A stretch of 64,000 nt of DNA from Marinicella sp. (GTDB lineage Bacteria > Pseudomonadota > Gammaproteobacteria > Xanthomonadales > Marinicellaceae): positions 3,232,001-3,296,000 of the forward strand of contig OZ246001.1 in the NCBI GenBank assembly GCA_965230295.1, in the 5' to 3' direction. The notes beneath the pieces were generated by a model. It did not search any database and had not been told where the DNA came from. It saw only the letters and a list, made by a program, of their open reading frames with translations. Each line of letters begins with the position of its first letter. Within the stretch, counting starts at the first letter, position 1. Shown piece by piece: positions 1 through 8,999 of this stretch. The position numbers and the translations under genes are program-made.

Positions 1-1
1 A

Positions 2-793
2 TTCGATGCCGACATCGTCATTGGCAAGGCAGAAGAGGATTACTACGAAGGATCAATTACGCAAGAACAACTACTCGGAACGGTGATCGCAGCCACTCAC
101 AGTACCTTGACACCTTATTCTCCAGTGGATGCGAATGGTGATGACACAGATGACTCGCCGATATTGCCAGGAGATACCAATGAAGACGGCGAAATAAGTA
201 ATGGTGAAGCATTGGTCATCATTTGGGACGTCATCGCAGAAAACTGGCGCTGGATCTTGAATGACACCTTCAAAAGGACCCGTGAGCAATTCCCGGAAAC
301 CGAGATCTTGATAGATTTTTCGGGCCTGGAAGACAGCAAGGATGTTATCATTGCTACTGCCGATGGTGATTTTTCCGGTGCGGCTCAACATGGCGTAGGG
401 ATACTGGCTAATAAAGTGCCAGGCGGCCGACAAATTAAGGAAAAAGTACTTGAGGGTGTGCAGGCAAATAGGGCACAAGGCAAAGCAGGGGAGCGCGTAA
501 CCGAAGCCAACCTCAAGAAGGAAGGTTCTTTAGCTGGTAAGCAAGTGACCTTTGAGACTTCAACAGGCGACAGGACTGTGATTGATTTTGTGACAGATGT
601 CAAAGGAGGCAAAGGCGTGGTTGAGACCAAGACAGGTAATGCCAGGTTGACTAAAGGTCAAAAACAACTCTTTGATGACATAGAAAAGGGTAAACCAGTC
701 ATACCAAGGGGCCTAAACGCAGATGATGCAGGTCTGACTCCTGGTGTCCCTGTTGTGCTGAAAAGTTGTGAACTTGATAGACCATGTATTTAA
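2..793 (+). CDS. C-terminal part of a probable polymorphic toxin with a PD-(D/E)xK (restriction-endonuclease-like) nuclease tip; 5'-truncated by the window edge
   Basis: Frame is open from position 2 (FDADIVIGKAEED...), so the GTG at 83 is not necessarily the start. The C-terminus has G-x2-GE...VIDFV...VVETKTG..RLTKGQ, typical of REase-fold toxin tips, and is followed by an overlapping small gene. Confidence 0.65.
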   Translation, partial: FDADIVIGKAEEDYYEGSITQEQLLGTVIAATHSTLTPYSPVDANGDDTDDSPILPGDTNEDGEISNGEALVIIWDVIAENWRWILNDTFKRTREQFPETEILIDFSGLEDSKDVIIATADGDFSGAAQHGVGILANKVPGGRQIKEKVLEGVQANRAQGKAGERVTEANLKKEGSLAGKQVTFETSTGDRTVIDFVTDVKGGKGVVETKTGNARLTKGQKQLFDDIEKGKPVIPRGLNADDAGLTPGVPVVLKSCELDRPCI

Positions 794-798
794 TAAAT

Positions 799-1437
799 AT
801 GAAAAGTAAATGTGATGCAGCATTCAAGAAGCAAATTCTGAGTAAATGCTATGATGCCCTAGAAAGCATTGGTTTTACCAGATTCAATAAAAACGGGGTC
901 GATTGGCCTTTGGGTGAGGGGTTTAACTGTTGGGTCGGATTAAATTCTGCATTGCATTCAGATAGGGTCGAGTTGGTTCCTAATATTGGCTTGCATGTGG
1001 AACCTGTGGAGCGGATGATCTTTGAAACAGATCAATCTGGAAATTTCCCAAAGTACAATCGAAAAGTGGCTACTTATGCATTCAATATAGGTACAATCGA
1101 TTCAATCAGTGATGAGCCTGCATTTGCATTCAGCCCCAACCAAAGCAACTCGTTTTTAGAGTCTGAATGTGAGAGGTTAGCCTACCTATATACAAATAAT
1201 GGGCTTGAATATGTAAGAACGTTGGCCTCGTATGATGCTTTAGCACCTTTACTGAAAGAGTATGTCAATTCTCTGGGGGGCAACCCTGAACGGTATGCTG
1301 TTTGTCTATATTTGTTGGGGCTAAAGCATGAATCAATGAACTTCTTAGAAAACTTTCCGGAGCAATACAAGAGCTACATTCAAGGATTTGCGGTTCCTTT
1401 CATAGCTAAGATTCAATCAGAGTTAGGCACGCTTTGA
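799..1437 (+). CDS. Probable cognate immunity protein (DUF4304-like); alternative start at 784
   Basis: Abuts or overlaps the toxin stop. About 212 aa, cytoplasmic, N-terminal 'LESIGFTRFNKNGVDW' resembles DUF4304-type immunity proteins. Confidence 0.55.
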   Translation: MKSKCDAAFKKQILSKCYDALESIGFTRFNKNGVDWPLGEGFNCWVGLNSALHSDRVELVPNIGLHVEPVERMIFETDQSGNFPKYNRKVATYAFNIGTIDSISDEPAFAFSPNQSNSFLESECERLAYLYTNNGLEYVRTLASYDALAPLLKEYVNSLGGNPERYAVCLYLLGLKHESMNFLENFPEQYKSYIQGFAVPFIAKIQSELGTL

Positions 1438-1527
1438 ACCGCGAAATGAACCAGACAGAACTTTTGCTTGCCTCCCTGTTTTTTTGGTCAGTGACCGTAA
1501 TCCACATCATATGTTGGTGTGTAAAAA

Positions 1528-1596
1528 GGACGAAAATGTATAAATGTGGGAAGGGCGGATGTCATTTCAGGACATAAGATGTTAATTTGAGGACAT
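1528..1596 (+). promoter_or_regulatory. Phased direct repeats (GGACAT-like, 21-bp period), candidate AraC-family/HTCS binding site
   Basis: ggacga at 1528, ggaagg at 1549, ggacat at 1570 and ggacat at 1591, upstream of ORF 1660 and the AraC-output hybrid sensor. Confidence 0.4.
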
Positions 1597-1659
1597 GGGT
1601 TTGACGGTTATTTGTGCTTCATATAAAGTACTCAGATTCCAATGAAATGAGAAAAACGT

Positions 1660-1971
1660 ATGAAAAAGCACACTTGTTCTGTCCTCATTATCTTGATGTT
1701 CAGTGTTACCGCAGCTTCTTCAAAACAGAAATATGGCGCAGGCCCTTATGGATGTTTTCATGGTAATATGATTTATGGGTACACCAGCAGTAAAAACATT
1801 GCTACGTGCCCATCCATCCATCAAGTCTTTCAAAATCCATCAAGGTCAGCCCACCCGCATCATGGGGGCAGGCGTTCTGCACACACCCCGTCAATTTCCC
1901 AAAAGCCTGATTTTGCGCATAAACATGATCCGGACACATGTCCTGTTTCAGTCAGATTCATAGGGGATTGA
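1660..1971 (+). CDS. Small hypothetical protein with signal-peptide-like N-terminus
   Basis: MKKHTCSVLIILMFSVTAASS N-terminus; 103 aa; no recognisable domain. Confidence 0.4.
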   Translation: MKKHTCSVLIILMFSVTAASSKQKYGAGPYGCFHGNMIYGYTSSKNIATCPSIHQVFQNPSRSAHPHHGGRRSAHTPSISQKPDFAHKHDPDTCPVSVRFIGD

Positions 1972-2044
1972 CCAGATTCCGTATCAATAGATAGAATGTT
2001 GTCTTTTGTATCTTGAGTGAATGTATTTCTACTGAAATTGAATC

Positions 2045-5000
2045 ATGACATTGCGATTGCTGTTGATTTCTGCATTGTTGCTGGGTATACACGTTGATGG
2101 ACTGTCCACCAATCCGGTCAGATTCAATCATTTGTCTCAGGCCACTGATAACACCACTGTTCAAATCATCAGAGACATCGCCCAAGACAGCAAAGGGTTT
2201 ATATGGATTGTAACGGCTCACCAAGGACTGTTTAAATATGATGGTTACAAGTTAACGCCGGTTTCGATTTTCAATGATTCAAAAAGGTTATTGATCAACT
2301 CATTGGTCATTGATGATCGGGATGTGCTTTGGATAGGTACGGAACAGAATGGTCTGGTTCGCTATGATGGTGGTGACATATCGGTGTTTCGATCGGTATC
2401 AACTGCTGATGCCCAAATAAGTTCTGATCATGTGCAAGCGCTGTTTGTAGATGAAGCTGATCTGTTGTGGGTGGCCACTGACATAGGCATAGATCGAGTT
2501 GATCTGGCCTCCCAAAACATTCAACAGGTTGCATCATTTAAGGAATCGATTGATGTCAAAGACCTGTATATGATCAATAAGAGGTTGTTGATTGGATCAA
2601 CGATTGGCTTGTTTGAGCTTGACCCCAATATCCAGGCAATCATCCGCAGTGAAGTGCCTACAGAGATGAACAATGTGGCAATCAATGCTTTTCATGTTGA
2701 TGAAAAACAACAGCTTTGGATGGGAACTAATCGAGGGTTGTTCGTCAAAAAATCCTACTCCTCCAACATCAAAGCCTTTGAGCCACAAATCATCAGTGGT
2801 CGTGTTTTTGCCATTGAATCAGAAGGCGATACACTTTGGGTTGGTACGCTTTTTGATGGATTGTATAAAGTACACAAGGACAGTTTGGATATCGAGAATT
2901 TCCGTTATGCTGCGACCATCGTTGATGGGATCAGTGACAACAGTATCTTGTCCTTGATGGTTGATGACATGGGCATTTTATGGGTCGGAACATTCAATGA
3001 TGGGATCAACTACATCGACTCGAAAACCAGTCACTTTGGTTTGCAAAATGATTCGCCGGCCAGTTTGTATTGTTCACAAACCAAGGTGTTTTATCACTTT
3101 TACCAGAACCCCTCAGGCTTGTTATGGGTTGCCAGTGAAAAGGGACTGATTAAATTTCATCAACTGCAAAAATCATGTGAGCTGATCGGATTGACTGGTA
3201 ATGAATCCAGTTCATTCTCGCATGAATTGATTTATCATGTCATACCAGATGGTGATTTTGGTTTGTGGGTTTCGACAGCCAGGGGGCTCAATCACTTGAC
3301 AACACAGACGGGTAAAATAAATCAATTGTTGGGGGCTGTTCCGGCAACCAATACATTTTTTACCGTTCAAGAGTCTCCTACCTCATTGCTGCTAGGAACC
3401 AATCAAGGACTGTATCGCTATTATCCTTCGTCGTTGTATTCTGAACCCGTTTCTGAATTGTACCCACCAGCCAGTCCGCTCAACCTTTATCACTATGCGA
3501 TAACTGCCAACAAGCAATATATATTTGCCACGGACCAGGGTGTCTATCAACTCAACGGAGCCGGTCAGCTAGCGCCACATGCCGCCATCCAATCACAATT
3601 GCCTGCTACTGAAATCATGTCATTGCACGTTGATGAACAAGGACATATCTGGGTTGGCACATTCCTGTTTGGTTTGTATCAATTCAATCAAGCAGGGCAT
3701 TTGTTAACTGTTTATGGCCAAGACCATGGTATGAGTAAAGACATGTCTATCAACAGCATCCTCAGTGATGATAACGACCATTTATGGCTGGGTACTGATA
3801 AAGGATTGGTGCGGCTTAACAAATCACAAAAGAACGCCCATGTTTTCCGCCGCAGTGATGGCTTACAGAGTGACACATTCATAAAAATATCAGCGTATAA
3901 ATCTGATACAGGTCAGCTGTATTTTGGTGGTCGTGGTGGGTTCAATGCTTTTGATCCTGACACCATTGAGTTCAATCACAGCCCACCCAACATTGTCATC
4001 ACCCAATTCAATCACTTTGGTGAACAGATTGAACCACATGATGATTCACAACAATTTTCACTGGCCAAACCGATCAATGAAATGGACTCACTGGTACTGA
4101 CGCATAAGGATTATGTGATTGGATTTGAATTTGCTGCCCTGGACTATGCAGACCCATCAAGAAATCAGTATGCTTATACAATGGCTGGTTTGGATCCGGA
4201 CTGGATTTACACCAGTGCCAACGATCGCCGGGTCAATTACACCAATTTAGCGCCAGGAAAATACATATTCAAAGTCAAGGGTGCCAACAAAGATGGGGTC
4301 TGGTCTAGCCAGCCGAAGTCTATTGAGATTCTGGTTTTGTCTCCACCTTGGCTCAGGTGGTGGGCCATTTCTGCTTATGTTGCTGTGATATTTGGTCTCA
4401 TATCCTGGTATTTCAGGAAAAAGCAAAGACGCAATGTGATGATGACCCAATTGTTGAGAGAGGAAGTGGCAAAAAGAACAGAAGAGTTGCAGCTACAAAA
4501 AAAGAAAGTTGAAAATCTGTTGTTCAAAAAAAATGAATTCTTTACTCACATGTCTCATGAGTTCAGGACACCACTGACTTTGATCTTGGGTCCCATCAAT
4601 CAATTGTTGAATCAGTCTCTTCAGGCCAGTGACATGCAATCTTTGCAAATGGTAAAACGCAATGCCAATCGGTTGCTGACCATGATTGAACAGTTGTTAC
4701 AAATGGCAAAAGTATCAGACGAAGAAAAAATAGAATTCAAAGTTGTTCAAGTGCAACAAAAACTCAGCAGCATGGTTGATTCTTTTCAATGTTTGGTCAC
4801 TGATAAGAAAATCAAACTTGAATTAATTGCCAATCCCGAAGTCAGCATCGAAACCACTGATGATGCTTTGGATACTGTCATAGGTAACTTGATTTCAAAT
4901 GCCATCAAGTACACACCTGACGGAGGTCAAGTCAGCATCAATTCTTTTGTTGACGGGCAGCGGTTGTGTATCCAGGTTTCAGATTCAGGAGTCGGCCTCA

Positions 5001-6058
5001 GTCATCAGCAGCAACAAGACATCTTCCAACGTTTTAAGCGCTTGGAAATGCACCAAAACATTGAGGGCACAGGGATGGGTCTGGCCATAGTCAAAGAAGT
5101 CATGAGAATGAATCAGGGAGAGATTGAAATTTCCAGTGTGGTCGGGCAAGGCAGTCAGTTTTCTGTCTATTTCAAATTGGCTGATACCACAGTCATTAAT
5201 GAGCAAGGTCAGGCTGTACATCCTTTGGTCAAACAGTTGTCAACTGATCTACAGGCTGAGCGACTCATTGAACACACAGCTGGTGACCAACAAAATGAAA
5301 CGGTGCTGATCATTGATGACAGTCAAGATATGCGAAAACTGCTGGGGGATATTTTGAAAAATCAATACCATTGTGTTTTTGCTGAACAAGGTAAAACAGG
5401 TATTGCATTGGCTCTTAAACATGTTCCTGATGTCATCATTTGTGATGTGATGATGCCTGAAATGGATGGCTTTCAGGTCAGCCGAATTCTGCGGTCTGAT
5501 ACACGCACATCACACATTCCATTGATTTTGTTGACGGCATTAACTGACCAGGAAAACCGGATCAAAGGCTGGCGTGAACATGTTGATGCCTATTTGACCA
5601 AACCATTTGATGAACAGGAACTGTTGTTGCAAATGAGCAGTGTTCTGGCTGTGCGCAACATCTTGAAGTCAAAAGCCAGTCAGATGATCAGTTCCAATCG
5701 CCAGGATCATACATTTGCCTTACCAGAGAAAGATCAAAAATTCATAGATAAATTAATCGATTTGATTGAACAGAATCATGAAAATGTCAATTACCTGCGA
5801 TCTCATATGGCACATGACATGGCTGTCAGTGAAAGGCAACTGCAACGCAAGCTCAAGGCATTAACTGGTAAAAACCCTGGCGATTTGATACGAGAATACC
5901 GCTTGAAGAAGGCGGGCCAATTATTAAAAGATGGCTATCAAGTGGCTCAAATTGCTGATCAATGTGGATTCAGTTCACCTGCTTATTTCTCGAAATGTTT
6001 CAAAGCTCAATTCGGTATGGCGCCAAAGCACTATCAAGATTTGTGTATGAAGGGTTAG
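2045..6058 (+). CDS. Hybrid two-component sensor/regulator (beta-propeller Reg_prop repeats, Y_Y_Y, TM, HisKA, HATPase, REC, AraC HTH)
   Basis: Signal peptide; many LW(I/V)GT..GL repeats; YTNLAPGKYIFKVKGANKDGVW (Y_Y_Y); SHEFRTPLT; NLISNAIKYT; GTGMGL; DVMMPEMDG; C-terminal GFSSPAYFSKCFK. Confidence 0.95.
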   Translation: MTLRLLLISALLLGIHVDGLSTNPVRFNHLSQATDNTTVQIIRDIAQDSKGFIWIVTAHQGLFKYDGYKLTPVSIFNDSKRLLINSLVIDDRDVLWIGTEQNGLVRYDGGDISVFRSVSTADAQISSDHVQALFVDEADLLWVATDIGIDRVDLASQNIQQVASFKESIDVKDLYMINKRLLIGSTIGLFELDPNIQAIIRSEVPTEMNNVAINAFHVDEKQQLWMGTNRGLFVKKSYSSNIKAFEPQIISGRVFAIESEGDTLWVGTLFDGLYKVHKDSLDIENFRYAATIVDGISDNSILSLMVDDMGILWVGTFNDGINYIDSKTSHFGLQNDSPASLYCSQTKVFYHFYQNPSGLLWVASEKGLIKFHQLQKSCELIGLTGNESSSFSHELIYHVIPDGDFGLWVSTARGLNHLTTQTGKINQLLGAVPATNTFFTVQESPTSLLLGTNQGLYRYYPSSLYSEPVSELYPPASPLNLYHYAITANKQYIFATDQGVYQLNGAGQLAPHAAIQSQLPATEIMSLHVDEQGHIWVGTFLFGLYQFNQAGHLLTVYGQDHGMSKDMSINSILSDDNDHLWLGTDKGLVRLNKSQKNAHVFRRSDGLQSDTFIKISAYKSDTGQLYFGGRGGFNAFDPDTIEFNHSPPNIVITQFNHFGEQIEPHDDSQQFSLAKPINEMDSLVLTHKDYVIGFEFAALDYADPSRNQYAYTMAGLDPDWIYTSANDRRVNYTNLAPGKYIFKVKGANKDGVWSSQPKSIEILVLSPPWLRWWAISAYVAVIFGLISWYFRKKQRRNVMMTQLLREEVAKRTEELQLQKKKVENLLFKKNEFFTHMSHEFRTPLTLILGPINQLLNQSLQASDMQSLQMVKRNANRLLTMIEQLLQMAKVSDEEKIEFKVVQVQQKLSSMVDSFQCLVTDKKIKLELIANPEVSIETTDDALDTVIGNLISNAIKYTPDGGQVSINSFVDGQRLCIQVSDSGVGLSHQQQQDIFQRFKRLEMHQNIEGTGMGLAIVKEVMRMNQGEIEISSVVGQGSQFSVYFKLADTTVINEQGQAVHPLVKQLSTDLQAERLIEHTAGDQQNETVLIIDDSQDMRKLLGDILKNQYHCVFAEQGKTGIALALKHVPDVIICDVMMPEMDGFQVSRILRSDTRTSHIPLILLTALTDQENRIKGWREHVDAYLTKPFDEQELLLQMSSVLAVRNILKSKASQMISSNRQDHTFALPEKDQKFIDKLIDLIEQNHENVNYLRSHMAHDMAVSERQLQRKLKALTGKNPGDLIREYRLKKAGQLLKDGYQVAQIADQCGFSSPAYFSKCFKAQFGMAPKHYQDLCMKG

Positions 6059-6691
6059 TAAGGAATGTTCTTGGGGCTTCATTCTGATTCATGGTCTGAC
6101 AGGTCTTCATATTTGCTGCGCAAATAAACCGACCTTTACAGACTATTGTCTGAGCAGTTGCTTCGCACTGCATGTCTGTTCTAGACAAAAGTGAAAACGA
6201 CTGCTTACATGGATGTAAGTATGCAGCGATAGCAGGCAGGAATTGTTCCCAACAATTCTCTGCATTCACCCCGTCCTGGGGATCGATGCGGTAGCTGCCG
6301 AGGCGAACATGACTTGCTACCTCGCACGCACTACGGTATTCAAATCGGGCTTCTTTATCTTCGATAAAACCGCCCAACTTTCATTACCTGTGCTATAACG
6401 CCATTCACATAAGGTTTCTTGACTTCGTCAAATCACCATATGTTCATTGGCTATTCTCTTCGCCTCTGATTGGCTTACATGGAAGTAAGTCCTCTGAGGA
6501 GGCAGGATGCCGGTATCAGAGGTGACTACATGGATGTAGGTCTGCCGCGATAGCTAGGAGCGATAGCGGCCGCTATAACAAAAGCTCACGGCTAATCAAT
6601 CATTACATCAAGGCTTCTTTGCTTTGCAAAATCGCCATGATTGCATGATTTGCCTAACCGGCTCGACGGGTCAAGCCGCTCAGCAGCTTTC
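6059..6691 (+). repeat. Modular intergenic palindromic element, longest copy (scaffold plus five inserts)
   Basis: Begins TAAGGAATGTTCTTGGGGCT directly after the upstream stop and ends CAGCAGCTTTC. Shares long near-identical blocks with 49050-49494 (inverted) and 52823-53035. Confidence 0.9.
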
Positions 6692-6721
6692 TTCTGATTG
6701 GACTCAAGCCGACTTTTCAGC

Positions 6722-8566
6722 TCAATACAGCTGATACACCCAGGCCAAAATACCAGAAAGCATGACCCAAGTGATGATGGTTAATGGCACACCAACTTTA
6801 ACAAAATCAGCAAATTTATACCCACCGGCATTCATGACCAACAGGTTGGTTTTATAAGCCATTGGAGTGGCAAAACTCAAGTTGGCACCAAACAAAACAC
6901 CCAGCACAAACGGTTCAACTGGCATGCCCAGGCGCTGTGCAATACTCACCGCAATGGGCGTACCTATCACCGCTGCTGCATTGTTGGATAATATATTGGT
7001 CATGACAGCAATGAAGAATATCAAAATGGCCAATAGCCAGGCAGGTGATAACCCATAGGTGAAGACCACAAACAGGTCGGCCAGGTAATCTGCAGCACCG
7101 GTAATGATCAAAGCCATACCCAGAGCCAGGGAAACTACAATAATCAGGATAACTTGTGCACTTAAGGCATGGGTCGCATCCCGCCACCTCAGACAGCCAG
7201 TTGCAATCAGAACAAAACAGCCAACAGTGGCACTTATGGCTATGGGCAAGAAGCCAAATGCAGCCAATCCGACCACCAGCATCATCACCATCAATGCAAT
7301 AGGCGCTTTTGATGTGTGTGGAAGTTCTTCGCCACCATCCAGTACCAGCAGTGATCCCGCATTTTTTACTTTTTTGATGGCATCATTGGAGCCTTGAACC
7401 AGCAGTACATCGCCAGCTCTGAACATCAATTCCTCAATACCTTGGGAATTGGCCATGGTTTCTTTACCATGTGAATGAACAGCCAATAAAACCAGATCAT
7501 ATTTTGATTTTAATCTGGCGTCTGCCACCCTGACCCGGTCCAACAACGAGCCACTGGTGACCACCAACTCAGCAATTGATTGATCTCCAGCGGTTAACGG
7601 GTTGGCTTCATCAACTTCAATTTCACCCGTATAAAGAGAGCCACCCAACTCAATTTCAAATTCTCTTAAGTTTTCCGAGGTGTCGTTGACCAATAAACTA
7701 TCACCGGCTTTGATCTGCACGTCTGGTAATGTGGCGATGGTGAGTTGCTCGTTGCGGACAATTTTTTGAATGGCTATCTTGCCATCTGTATGATCTCTGA
7801 TTTCAGCTACGGTTTTATTGGCTGCAAAGCCGCCTTCGTTGATTTTAATGGCAGCGGTGAAAATGCGTGGTGAGGTGTTCGCCATGGGTGGTTTTCTGTC
7901 AGGCAGGATTCTCGGAGCAATGAGCCATAAATACAAAATAGCAACCACGCTGGTGATCACCACAGGAATGGCAAAATCAAACATACCGAACTTGGGAACC
8001 CCTAAATCTTCAGCGACCTTAACCACCAGTAAGTTCGTTGAGGTACCAATGGTGGTGGCCATCCCACCCAAAAGCGTAGCCAATCCCATCGGTAACAGTG
8101 TACCCGACGTGGATTGGCCGGTTTTTATAGCAACACTGATCAATACGGGTAACAACAGTACCACGATGGGTGTGTTGTTGACAAAAGCACTGAGTACTGC
8201 ACCAGTGATTAAAGTCAACAGTAACGACAGTGACGGGCTGATTTTCCATATTTTAGCCAGCACCCGACCAATGGGTTCCATGGCGCCTGTTCTGACCAGC
8301 GCCTGGCCGGCAATCATTAAGGCACAAACAGCTATCAATGCTTCATTGCCAAACCCATGGAAAAAATTTCTAACCAGAAACAGTGAGCCATCTTTGTTGG
8401 TGAATGGAAACAGGTGGAAGCCAAGCGCCAATAAACACAAGACCAACAAGCTGGAAGTTTCAAGGGGGATTTTATCTCTTGTGAACAAGATCAATGCCAC
8501 CAAAGTCAGTATCAGTACACCGATGGCATGAGGCTGTGGTGAATTTATGATTAATTCAGATTCCAC
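6722..8566 (-). CDS. SLC13/DASS-family permease with TrkA-C domains
   Basis: SAFVNNTPIV, GGMATTIGTSTNL, NILSNNAAA and SFATPMAYKTN motifs; hydrophilic central TrkA-C region. Confidence 0.92.
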   Translation of the reverse strand: MESELIINSPQPHAIGVLILTLVALILFTRDKIPLETSSLLVLCLLALGFHLFPFTNKDGSLFLVRNFFHGFGNEALIAVCALMIAGQALVRTGAMEPIGRVLAKIWKISPSLSLLLTLITGAVLSAFVNNTPIVVLLLPVLISVAIKTGQSTSGTLLPMGLATLLGGMATTIGTSTNLLVVKVAEDLGVPKFGMFDFAIPVVITSVVAILYLWLIAPRILPDRKPPMANTSPRIFTAAIKINEGGFAANKTVAEIRDHTDGKIAIQKIVRNEQLTIATLPDVQIKAGDSLLVNDTSENLREFEIELGGSLYTGEIEVDEANPLTAGDQSIAELVVTSGSLLDRVRVADARLKSKYDLVLLAVHSHGKETMANSQGIEELMFRAGDVLLVQGSNDAIKKVKNAGSLLVLDGGEELPHTSKAPIALMVMMLVVGLAAFGFLPIAISATVGCFVLIATGCLRWRDATHALSAQVILIIVVSLALGMALIITGAADYLADLFVVFTYGLSPAWLLAILIFFIAVMTNILSNNAAAVIGTPIAVSIAQRLGMPVEPFVLGVLFGANLSFATPMAYKTNLLVMNAGGYKFADFVKVGVPLTIITWVMLSGILAWVYQLY

Positions 8567-8999
8567 GTGATTAAGACTTCAAAATATCCATGATAAAAGT
8601 CTATCAAATCAGGGATAAAACTTGTGTAAAAACTGAACAGAGTTGGTTAAAAGCTTTTTTTTCAACAACTTATCAATGACGTAATAATGACATGATAGTT
8701 CGGTTTTTTTGGTAATGGGTAAAGTGTTGGCTGTCTAATTCATCCTGATTGGCAAATTATTCAGAATATTTCTTAGATTTCTGGGTGTAGAACCTTTTTT
8801 TATTCTAAACATGGTCAATGCAACATAAATTGATAAAAATGCCAATTGAGTTCAAACATTCACCACATCAGTCGTGGTATCATCTCTTGGCGAAAATTCT
8901 TACCCCCGAATTAACGCTTTTTACAAGTTTAAACAAGATGCCATTTTGTTCCCCTTATTTATCGTAATTGAATGGTATTTCATTAAGAGGAGAGATATT

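Noticed and set aside
6000-6377. Near-identical ORFs 'MGGFIEDKEARFEYRSACEVA...' here and at 49231-49605
   Set aside because: Both lie within the palindromic repeat, start at TTG, diverge outside it and are absent from the scaffold-only copy. Their identity reflects DNA repetition, not a protein family.
6059-6691. CRISPR array or attC cassette array interpretation of the repeats
   Set aside because: No regularly spaced identical repeats with unique spacers, no cas or integrase gene, and no GTTRRRY/RYYYAAC-bounded cassettes.
7818-8531. Long antisense ORFs (also 24791-25378, 56959-57498 and others)
   Set aside because: Shadow frames of well-supported genes on the opposite strand.
8874-8999. 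N-terminal extension of the 1045-aa ORF
   Set aside because: The RBS and signal peptide point to the TTG at 9000. Similar over-extensions were trimmed for the ORFs at 15468, 44680, 45671, 47656 and 43011.
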